A DNA stretch of 64,000 nt from an uncultured Anaerolineae bacterium (GTDB taxonomy: Bacteria; Chloroflexota; Anaerolineae; Fen-1058). The notes below the pieces were generated by a model that worked only from the letters and a program-made list of their open reading frames with translations, ran no database searches and had not been told where the DNA came from. Each line of letters starts with the position of its first letter. The first letter of the stretch is position 1. Positions 28,271 to 35,225 of the stretch are shown here, piece after piece. Both the position numbers and the translations under genes were made by a program. The stretch lies in assembly GCA_964398185.1 (NCBI GenBank), contig CAYNML010000025.1:4031-68030 (forward strand), read 5' to 3'.

Positions 28271-28299
28271 TGATCTTTACCGCAGGCGATCATACAATG
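28271..28299 (+). promoter_or_regulatory. Sigma70-like promoter TTGATC-17-TACAAT upstream of the ACBP gene
   Basis: Read directly from the sequence. It is followed by a GC-rich ~110-nt 5'UTR carrying nested inverted repeats (CATTCCCGC...GCGGGAATC; CCGCGCtttGCGCGG). Confidence 0.4.
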
Positions 28300-28413
28300 G
28301 CCTAATCGTGCAACGTCATTCCCGCACGCCTTCGCCATGCGCGCCCCCGCGCTTTGCGCGGACAGGGCGTGGCGGGAATCCAGAGACCGATCTCATCTCA
28401 CAGGGAGGATTCC

Positions 28414-28677
28414 ATGTCTACCGATCTGCAATCCCGCTTCCAACAGGCCGCCGCAGATTCCAAGCAGCTGCCCAAGCGCCCCGATAACAACACCCTGCTC
28501 AAGTTGTACTCGCTCTACAAGCAGGCCACGGTGGGCGATGTCACTGGCAGCCGCCCCGGCGGCTTCGACATGGAAGGCAAGATGAAGTACGATGCGTGGG
28601 CCAGGCAAAAGGGCAAAGCCAAAGACGCGGCCATGCAGGAGTACGTCGATCTGGTGGAGAGTCTGAAAGCGAAGTAA
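28414..28677 (+). CDS. Acyl-CoA-binding protein (ACBP/DBI family)
   Basis: LKLYSLYKQATVGDVTG...KYDAWARQKGKAKDAAMQEYVDLVESLK is the ACBP four-helix signature. RBS GGGAGG before ATG 28414; the ORF-track start is an upstream TTG. Confidence 0.8.
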   Translation: MSTDLQSRFQQAAADSKQLPKRPDNNTLLKLYSLYKQATVGDVTGSRPGGFDMEGKMKYDAWARQKGKAKDAAMQEYVDLVESLKAK

Positions 28678-28679
28678 GT

Positions 28680-29315
28680 ATGCCCATCTACGACATCTCG
28701 CTCACCCTCTCCAACGATCTGCCCGTGTGGCCCGGCGACACGCCGATCGATCTGCGGCGCAACAAAGATATGCAGCAGGACGAGTTGTACACGCTGAGCC
28801 AGATCACCACCACCGTCCACGTCGGCTCGCACCTCGACGCGCCCATGCACTTCCTACGCGAGGGGCACGGCGTTGATCAGATCGATCTCAACAAACTGAT
28901 CGGCCCGTGCTTCGTCGTCGATCTGCCTGACATCGACAGCATCGACGCGCAGGCGTTGGAGCAGGCCAACATCCCGGCGAATGTCACACGCCTGTTGTGC
29001 CGCACGCGCAACTCAGAATACTGGATGCGCGGCGACAAGGTGTTCCACACCGATTTCGTGGCGATCGATCCGTCGGGCGCGGAATGGATCGTGCAGCGCG
29101 GCATCCAACTCGTTGGCGTCGATTACCTCTCGGTGGGCGCATACGAGGGCGGCATCCCCACCCACGAGATTCTGCTCAGCAACGGGGTCGTGCCCGTGGA
29201 AGGCCTCGATCTGTCCCGCATCGAGCCGGGTGAATACCAACTGATCTGCCTGCCGCTGAAATTGAAGGATTGCGATGGCGCGCCGGTGCGAGCGGTGTTG
29301 ATGCGGGATGAATAG
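28680..29315 (+). CDS. Cyclase family protein (kynurenine formamidase/arylformamidase-like)
   Basis: HVGSHLDAPMHF and the DLS... C-terminal pattern are typical of cyclase-family hydrolases. Start taken at internal Met (MPIYDISL). Confidence 0.7.
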   Translation: MPIYDISLTLSNDLPVWPGDTPIDLRRNKDMQQDELYTLSQITTTVHVGSHLDAPMHFLREGHGVDQIDLNKLIGPCFVVDLPDIDSIDAQALEQANIPANVTRLLCRTRNSEYWMRGDKVFHTDFVAIDPSGAEWIVQRGIQLVGVDYLSVGAYEGGIPTHEILLSNGVVPVEGLDLSRIEPGEYQLICLPLKLKDCDGAPVRAVLMRDE

Positions 29316-29476
29316 ATCATTGCTTACTTCGCCTGGCCCGTGATATAATCGCCCTTGAAAAGATTCATGGCGCGCCATGTGCCATGATGAGCATAGAATG
29401 TCATTGAGGTGTGCCTCCGGGCTGCCCAATGACATTTTCGTTTTCCAATCCCAAACCCACACCACAGGAGAGAGTC

Positions 29477-30802
29477 ATGAGCAAGATCAAAGTCATCATC
29501 ATGGGCGCCGCCGGACGCGACTTCCACAATTTCAACACCGTGTTCCGCCACAACGACGCCTACGAAGTCGTGGCCTTCACCGCGACGCAGATTCCCAACA
29601 TCGAAGGCCGCCGCTATCCGCCCGAGCTGGCGGGCAAGCTGTATCCCGCCGGGATTCCGATCTATCCCGAGTCCGATCTGACCCGCTTGATCAAAGAGCA
29701 TGACGTCGATCAAGTGATCTTCGCCTATTCGGACGTGCAGCACGAATACGTGATGCACAAGGCCTCGCAGGTGTTGGCTGCCGGGGCCGACTTCCGCTTG
29801 ATCGGGCCGAAGGAAACGCAGATCAAATCGAGCAAGCCCATCGTCTCGATCGGCGCGGTGCGCACCGGCGCGGGCAAGAGCCAGACCACGCGCCGCGTGA
29901 GCGAAGTGCTGCAGTCGCTGGGCTACAAGGTCGCCGCCGTGCGCCATCCCATGCCCTACGGCGATCTGACCAAGCAGGTCGTGCAGCGCTTCGCGGCCTA
30001 CAAAGACTTGGACGATCATGAGTGCACGATCGAGGAACGCGAGGAATACGAGCCGCACATCGATCGCGGCGTGGTGATCTATGCAGGCGTGGACTACGAG
30101 GCGATTCTGCGCCAGGCCGAGCAGGAAGCCGACATCGTGGTGTGGGACGGCGGCAACAACGACATCTCGTTCTACAAGAGCGATCTGCACATCGTCGTGG
30201 CCGACCCGCATCGCCCCGGCCACGAACTTTCGTATCACCCCGGCGAAACGAATCTGCGCATGGCCGATGTCGTCGTCATCAACAAGATCGACACCGCCGA
30301 TCTGGATCACGTCTCCAAGGTGCGCGACAGCATCATGAAAGTGAATCCCGACGCGACCGTCGTCGAAGCCGCTTCGCCGATCTTCGTCGACAATCCGGCG
30401 GCCATCAAAGGCAAGAGCGTGCTCGTCATCGAAGACGGCCCCACGCTGACCCACGGCGAGATGGCCTATGGTGCGGGCGTGGTAGCGGCGCGGCGCTTTG
30501 GCGCGGCGGAGATCATCGATCCGCGCCCGTATGCCGTCGGCTCGATCGTGGCGACGTACCAGAAGTATCCAACCACCGGCGCGGTGCTGCCCGCGATGGG
30601 TTACGGCGCGGAGCAGATGCGCGAACTGGGCGAGACCATCAACAACACCCCGTGCGATCTGGTGTTGGTGGCCACCCCGATCGATCTACGGCGCGTCGTC
30701 GAGATCAACCGTCCGTCGCAGCGCGTGCGCTATGAGCTGCAGGAGATCGGCCAGCCGACGCTGGTGGACATCCTTGAAGGGAAGTTCGGGCGCAAGCAGT
30801 AA
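29477..30802 (+). CDS. P-loop NTPase, cyclic 2,3-diphosphoglycerate synthetase-like protein
   Basis: N-terminal Rossmann-like KVIIMGAAGRDFHNFN and Walker A GAVRTGAGKSQT. Family assignment from memory only. RBS AGGAGAG before ATG 29477. Confidence 0.4.
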   Translation: MSKIKVIIMGAAGRDFHNFNTVFRHNDAYEVVAFTATQIPNIEGRRYPPELAGKLYPAGIPIYPESDLTRLIKEHDVDQVIFAYSDVQHEYVMHKASQVLAAGADFRLIGPKETQIKSSKPIVSIGAVRTGAGKSQTTRRVSEVLQSLGYKVAAVRHPMPYGDLTKQVVQRFAAYKDLDDHECTIEEREEYEPHIDRGVVIYAGVDYEAILRQAEQEADIVVWDGGNNDISFYKSDLHIVVADPHRPGHELSYHPGETNLRMADVVVINKIDTADLDHVSKVRDSIMKVNPDATVVEAASPIFVDNPAAIKGKSVLVIEDGPTLTHGEMAYGAGVVAARRFGAAEIIDPRPYAVGSIVATYQKYPTTGAVLPAMGYGAEQMRELGETINNTPCDLVLVATPIDLRRVVEINRPSQRVRYELQEIGQPTLVDILEGKFGRKQ

Positions 30803-30885
30803 ACCGTGCTGCGTAGTACGTGATGTGTGACGGGCAAGGTGTGATACGATCCATCTCGCCCGTCACTTTTTGTGCGAGAAGCGAC

Positions 30886-31803
30886 ATGACTTCATTCACT
30901 CCAGCGTTCATCGTTCACGGCGGCGCGTGGGACATTCCCGACGAGGAAGTGCCCGGCCACCTCAATGGCTGCCGCAGCGCCGCACAGATTGGCTGGTCGA
31001 TCTTGCAGAACGGCGGAGCGGCGCTCGCTGCGGTCGAAGCCGCCATCCGATCGCTCGAAGATAATCCGGCCTTCGATGCGGGCAAAGGCGCATGGCTCAA
31101 CTCGGCGGGCGAAGTGGAACTCGATGCGATCATCATGGATGGCGCAACGCTGAACAATGGCGCTGTCGCCGCCGTGCAGCACGTGCGCAATCCGATCAGC
31201 TTGGCGCGGATGGTGATGGAGCGCACCGCGCATTCATTGTTGACGGGTTTGGGCGCGGAGCACTTCGCGCAGGCGCAGGGTGTTGAGTTGTGCGACGAAT
31301 CAGAACTGCTGACCGGGCAAGAACTGGAACGCTGGAAGGTCATCAAGGCGCTGAAAGATTTCTCGGTGCGGGAAGCCTTCGGCGGCAAGCCGCATGGCAC
31401 CGTGGGGGCTGTGGCGCGCGATCGGGACGGGCACATCGCCGCAGGCACCTCGACCGGCGGCACGCCCAACAAACTGCAGGGCCGCGTGGGCGACAGTCCC
31501 CTCATCGGCTGCGGCTGCTACGCCGACGATCTGAGCGCAGGCGCGTCGGCTACCGGCTGGGGTGAATCGGTCATGAAAGTGGTGTTGTGCAAGGCTGTGT
31601 GCGATTTCACCGCGCAAGGACTGGACGCCCAGCGGGCCGCTGATAAAGCGATCGGGGTGTTGGCCGATCGGGCGCTGGGGCTGGGCGGCTTGATCGTGAT
31701 CGATCGCTTCGGACAGATCGGTGTATCATTCAACACACCGCGCATGGCGCGCGCGTGGATATATGAAGATCAGATCATCGCGCGTGTCGAACGGGATACG
31801 TGA
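30886..31803 (+). CDS. Isoaspartyl peptidase / L-asparaginase (Ntn-hydrolase, plant-type)
   Basis: FIVHGGAW, GTVGAVARD (autoproteolytic Thr) and GCGCYADD motifs. Confidence 0.8.
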   Translation: MTSFTPAFIVHGGAWDIPDEEVPGHLNGCRSAAQIGWSILQNGGAALAAVEAAIRSLEDNPAFDAGKGAWLNSAGEVELDAIIMDGATLNNGAVAAVQHVRNPISLARMVMERTAHSLLTGLGAEHFAQAQGVELCDESELLTGQELERWKVIKALKDFSVREAFGGKPHGTVGAVARDRDGHIAAGTSTGGTPNKLQGRVGDSPLIGCGCYADDLSAGASATGWGESVMKVVLCKAVCDFTAQGLDAQRAADKAIGVLADRALGLGGLIVIDRFGQIGVSFNTPRMARAWIYEDQIIARVERDT

Positions 31804-31824
31804 GTAACACAGAAAGGCAAGACC

Positions 31825-32568
31825 ATGACCTTCCGCCAACGACTCAAGGATCACGAGATGCTTGTGGGCACGATCGTCTCGCTCGCCTCGCCGGAAGTGG
31901 CCGAAGTATTGAGCGCCGCCGGCTTCGATTGGCTCTTCCTCGACGCCGAGCACAATCCGCTTGAGGCACTGACGGTCCAGCGCTTAATCATGGGGGCGCG
32001 CCCGACGCCGTGTCTCGTGCGGCTGGCACGCGGCGACGAGGTGTCGATCAAGAAAGCGCTGGATGCAGGCGCGACGGGCATCATCGCGCCGTTGATCAAT
32101 TCGGCTGAGCAGGCAGCCGAGGTCGTGCGCCATGCGAAGTATGCGCCGCTGGGCGCGCGCGGCGTGGGCGCAGGCCGTGCGCACGGTTACGGCCTCGCCT
32201 TTCAAGACTATCTGTCACGCGCGAATGATGAAACAGTCGTCGTGGTGCAGGCGGAGCACATCGAAGCCGTGAACAACATCGAAGCGATTGTGCAGGTCCC
32301 CGGCGTCGATGCGGTGCTCGTCGGCCCGTATGATCTTTCGGCCAGCCTGGGACACATCGGTGAAGTGACGCATCCCGACGTGATCGCCGCCATCGATCGG
32401 GTCACGCAGGCCTGTCGGGTTGTCAACCTGCCGTTGGGGATTTTCGGCATGACAGCGGAGGCGGTGCGTCCGTACATCGATCGTGGTTACACGCTGCTCG
32501 CAGTGAGCATTGATACGGTATTGCTTGGCGCGGCAGCGAGACAACTGCTGGTGCAGGTCAAACGCTAA
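31825..32568 (+). CDS. HpcH/HpaI family 2-keto-3-deoxy-acid aldolase
   Basis: TIM-barrel aldolase motifs (LFLDAEH, GIIAPLINSAEQA, VQAEHIEAVNNIEAI, VLVGPYDLSASLG). Confidence 0.8.
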   Translation: MTFRQRLKDHEMLVGTIVSLASPEVAEVLSAAGFDWLFLDAEHNPLEALTVQRLIMGARPTPCLVRLARGDEVSIKKALDAGATGIIAPLINSAEQAAEVVRHAKYAPLGARGVGAGRAHGYGLAFQDYLSRANDETVVVVQAEHIEAVNNIEAIVQVPGVDAVLVGPYDLSASLGHIGEVTHPDVIAAIDRVTQACRVVNLPLGIFGMTAEAVRPYIDRGYTLLAVSIDTVLLGAAARQLLVQVKR

Positions 32569-32579
32569 AGGACCGTGAC

Positions 32580-32930
32580 ATGCCGCGTAAGTTGCGCATC
32601 TTTTTCGCCGGGCTGAAGTTCGCCATCCAGCACGATCGCAGCGTGGCGCTGCAGATGATCGTCTCGCTGATCGTGCTGGCGATCAGCTTCGGGCTGCGCG
32701 AGTGGTTCGATTTTGTGTTCATCCTGGTGATCACGGGCTACATGCTGATCACCGAGATTTTCAACAGCGCCATCGAGGCGATCTGCGACTACGTGCAGCC
32801 GGAGCACGATCCGCGCATTGGCGCGATCAAGGATGTGGCCGCGGCGGCGGTAGGCCTCAGCGTGCTCATCTGGGTTGGCGCGCTGCTGTTTGAGGTTGTT
32901 CGGATCGTCACGCTTCTGCAGGGTAATTGA
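32580..32930 (+). CDS. dgkA: Diacylglycerol kinase (prokaryotic DgkA family)
   Basis: 116-aa three-TM protein with ...NSAIEAICD...IKD..AAAV typical of DgkA. Confidence 0.7.
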   Translation: MPRKLRIFFAGLKFAIQHDRSVALQMIVSLIVLAISFGLREWFDFVFILVITGYMLITEIFNSAIEAICDYVQPEHDPRIGAIKDVAAAAVGLSVLIWVGALLFEVVRIVTLLQGN

Positions 32931-32955
32931 CACGCCCTTGCCCGCCTGTTATAAT
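32927..32955 (+). promoter_or_regulatory. Perfect consensus sigma70 promoter TTGACA-17-TATAAT
   Basis: TTGACA at 32927-32932 (overlapping the dgkA stop) and TATAAT at 32950-32955 with an exact 17-bp spacer. Confidence 0.6.
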
Positions 32956-32964
32956 GCTGCCATC

Positions 32965-33048
32965 ATGAACGCGAATCTGGTTGCAATCCATCATCATCAC
33001 GCGCACACCCACCACCAGATGGGCTTTCGACGTTTGGGTCGCGGCTGA
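32965..33048 (+). CDS. His-rich leader peptide MNANLVAIHHHHAHTHHQMGFRRLGRG (candidate his-attenuator leader)
   Basis: 27-codon ORF with 7 His codons among codons 9-17. It starts ~10 nt downstream of the -10 box (leaderless or near-leaderless), ends 26 nt before an intrinsic terminator and precedes hisS. Confidence 0.55.
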   Translation: MNANLVAIHHHHAHTHHQMGFRRLGRG

Positions 33049-33073
33049 GTTAACAAGCAGCACACTGAAGTGA

Positions 33074-33102
33074 AGCGTGATCCGGACGGGTCACGCTTTT
33101 TT
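33074..33102 (+). terminator. Rho-independent terminator (attenuator) AGCGUGAUCCGGACGGGUCACGCU + UUUUUUGUUU
   Basis: GC stem-loop followed by a U-run, located between the leader peptide and hisS. Confidence 0.7.
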
Positions 33103-33110
33103 GTTTGATC

Positions 33111-33141
33111 ACCCTCCCGGAGGCTGGGAGCCTCCGGGAGG
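33111..33141. repeat. REP-like palindrome CCCTCCCGGAGGCT-GGG-AGCCTCCGGGAGGG
   Basis: Perfect 14-bp stem in the hisS 5'UTR, 10 nt upstream of RBS AAGGAG. Second copy of the family seen at 4899-4931. Confidence 0.55.
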
Positions 33142-33160
33142 GTATAGAACAAGGAGCAGC

Positions 33161-34432
33161 ATGAAACCGACGATTCGGCCCATCAAGGGCACACGCGATT
33201 TTTATCCGGAAGAGATGGCGTTCCGCACCTGGCTGTACGGGCAGATGAAGGCCGTGTCACAGAAGTTCGGCTATCAGGAATACGAAGCACCCATCCTTGA
33301 ATCGCTGGAGTTGTATGCGGCCAAGAGCGGCGAGGAATTAGTGAAGGAGCAGTCGTTCGTCTTCGCCGATCGCGGCGGCGACACGGTGACGCTGCGCCCC
33401 GAGCTCACGCCCAGCCTCGCGCGTATGGTGGCGCAGAAACAACGCGAACTGCCCAAGCCCATCCGCTGGTGGTCGTTCGGGCCGTTCTGGCGTTACGAGC
33501 GTCCGCAAAAAGGCCGCACGCGCGAGTTCTTCCAGTGGAACATCGATCTGATTGGCGTCAATTCGGCTTACGCCGATGCGGAGCTGGCGGCCGTGGGCGT
33601 GGAGTTCTTCAAGTCCGTCGGCTTGTCCGCGCAGCAGATCGTGATCAAGGTGAACAACCGCAAGTTGATGGAGGAGCAAATCGCGCGGCTGGGTGTGCCG
33701 CCCGATCGGATCGAGGGCATTTACCGGCTGATCGACAAACTCGACAAGCTGCCCGCCGAAAAGTGGCGCGCCTACGGTATCGACGACATCGGTCTGAGCG
33801 CCGAGCAGATCGATCGCTTGAGCGCACTGTTGAACAACAAGGAGTTGTGGAAGGAGTCGGCCGATCTGACGGCGTTCTTCGCCGCAATCGACGATCTGGG
33901 CGTGAGCGAGTACGTGGAATACGATCCGGCGATCATTCGCGGGCTGGCGTACTACACCGGGCTGGTCTTTGAAGCGCGCGATCGCACCGGCGAGTTCCGC
34001 GCCATCCTGGGCGGTGGACGCTACGACAACCTCGTCGGCGATGTGGGCGGCGATCCGCTGGGCGGCATCGGCTTTGCGATGGGCGACGTGGTCATCGGGT
34101 TGGTGCTGGAAAAGTTTGGCTTGAAGCCCAAGCTGCGCCCCACCCCAGCCGACGTGCTCGTGACGATTTTCGATGCCGCGCTGGCGCGATCGGCGGCCAG
34201 GGTTGCCGCGCTGCTCCGATCGGGCGGCGTGAAAACCGAGTTGTATCCCGATGCGGCCAAGCTCGACAAGCAGATGAAGTACGCCAACGCGCAAGCGATC
34301 CCGATCGCCGTCATCATCGGACCGGACGAGGCCGCGCAGGGTCAAGCCACCGTGCGCGATTTGCGCTCGGGCCAGCAGCAGGTCGTCGCGCAAGATCGGA
34401 TCGTGGCAGCGGTGCAAAAAGCGCTGGAATAA
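33161..34432 (+). CDS. hisS: Histidine--tRNA ligase
   Basis: Class II aaRS motifs (IKGTRDFYPEEM, TLRPELTPSLARMV, GGGRYDNL) and a C-terminal anticodon-binding domain. RBS AAGGAG before ATG 33161. Confidence 0.9.
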   Translation: MKPTIRPIKGTRDFYPEEMAFRTWLYGQMKAVSQKFGYQEYEAPILESLELYAAKSGEELVKEQSFVFADRGGDTVTLRPELTPSLARMVAQKQRELPKPIRWWSFGPFWRYERPQKGRTREFFQWNIDLIGVNSAYADAELAAVGVEFFKSVGLSAQQIVIKVNNRKLMEEQIARLGVPPDRIEGIYRLIDKLDKLPAEKWRAYGIDDIGLSAEQIDRLSALLNNKELWKESADLTAFFAAIDDLGVSEYVEYDPAIIRGLAYYTGLVFEARDRTGEFRAILGGGRYDNLVGDVGGDPLGGIGFAMGDVVIGLVLEKFGLKPKLRPTPADVLVTIFDAALARSAARVAALLRSGGVKTELYPDAAKLDKQMKYANAQAIPIAVIIGPDEAAQGQATVRDLRSGQQQVVAQDRIVAAVQKALE

Positions 34433-34479
34433 CCTTGTTATCCCTTCGCGCCCGTGGTAAAATTGCGGGCGCTTCACAT

Positions 34480-34552
34480 GGTGCCTGTAGCTCAATGGCA
34501 GAGTACTGGACTGTGGATCCAGGCGTTGCGGGTTCGACCCCCGTCAGGCACC
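34480..34552 (+). tRNA. tRNA-His (anticodon GTG) with encoded G-1
   Basis: Acceptor GTGCCTG/CAGGCAC with an extra 5' G, anticodon stem CTGGA/TCCAG with loop CTGTGGA, T-arm GGGTTCGACCCCC. Immediately downstream of hisS. Confidence 0.8.
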
Positions 34553-34566
34553 CTTAACAATGAACA

Positions 34567-34613
34567 ATGCTCAATGACCAATGAACAACTCGGTCGTTGA
34601 GCATTTTCGTTTA
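34567..34613 (+). terminator. Rho-independent terminator after tRNA-His
   Basis: 12-bp stem ATGCTCAATGAC ... GTCGTTGAGCAT followed by TTTTCGTTT. Its 5' arm and loop are built from 7-bp NNCAATG repeats (34556-34590). Confidence 0.6.
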
Positions 34614-34679
34614 CGTGGCAGTTTCGCGCCGGATGAGATACACTTTAAGCGCAATCTCAGCGCATAAAGGAAACAGATC

Positions 34680-35150
34680 ATGACTGAACCCAAATTGAAA
34701 CTTGGCGATCCTGCGCCCGATTTCACTCTGGCCGACGATCAGGGCAAAACTGTGAAGCTGTCCGATTATCGCGGCCAGCGCGTCGTGGTGTATTTCTACC
34801 CCAAGGATGACACGCCCGGCTGCACCACGCAATCGTGCGGCTTCCGCGACAATTATCCGGCCATTCAAGAGAAGAACGCGGTGGTGCTGGGCATCAGCCC
34901 CGACGATCAGAAATCGCACGTGAAATTCAAGAGCAAGTTCAACCTGCCCTTCACGCTGCTGTGCGATGTCGATCACACCGTGGCTGAGACTTACGGCGTG
35001 TGGGGCGAGAAGTCGCTGATGGGCAAGACGTACATGGGCATCATCCGCAGCCACTTCGTTGTTGATGAAAACGGCCAGTTGATCGACGTGCAATACAACA
35101 TCAAGCCGGAAGCGAGTGTGGCGGGGGCGCTGGAAGTCATTCGTCGTTAG
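34680..35150 (+). CDS. bcp: Peroxiredoxin Bcp (thiol peroxidase, AhpC/TSA family)
   Basis: [13 protein letters not shown]... is the Bcp signature with the peroxidatic Cys. 156 aa. Confidence 0.85.
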   Translation: MTEPKLKLGDPAPDFTLADDQGKTVKLSDYRGQRVVVYFYPKDDTPGCTTQSCGFRDNYPAIQEKNAVVLGISPDDQKSHVKFKSKFNLPFTLLCDVDHTVAETYGVWGEKSLMGKTYMGIIRSHFVVDENGQLIDVQYNIKPEASVAGALEVIRR

Positions 35151-35178
35151 TCGTTGGTTGTTGGTTGTTGGTTGTTAG
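35151..35178. repeat. Heptamer tandem repeat (TNGTTGG)x3 + TTGTTAG
   Basis: tcgttgg ttgttgg ttgttgg ttgttag directly after the bcp stop codon. Confidence 0.6.
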
Positions 35179-35182
35179 CAAG

Positions 35183-35218
35183 ACCTCGCGGCTCGAATGT
35201 ATCTGCGAGGTTTTTGTT
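35183..35218 (+). terminator. Rho-independent terminator ACCTCGC...GCGAGGT + TTTTTGTTTG
   Basis: Stem-loop with a U-run after bcp. Confidence 0.7.
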
Positions 35219-35225
35219 TGCAGTC

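Noticed and set aside
29324-30454. 376-aa minus-strand ORF overlapping the cPGS-like gene
   Set aside because: Antisense to a gene with clear Rossmann and Walker A motifs; the translation is D/H/G/R-rich low complexity.
33338-34495. 385-aa minus-strand ORF opposite hisS; also 20046..21086 +, 24154..24990 +, 25318..25968 +, 26904..27734 +, 51087..52049 -, 55227..55946 +, 61274..61855 -, 62944..63555 -
   Set aside because: All lie antisense to genes with strong family signatures. Their composition is not protein-like, and there are no RBS or start contexts.
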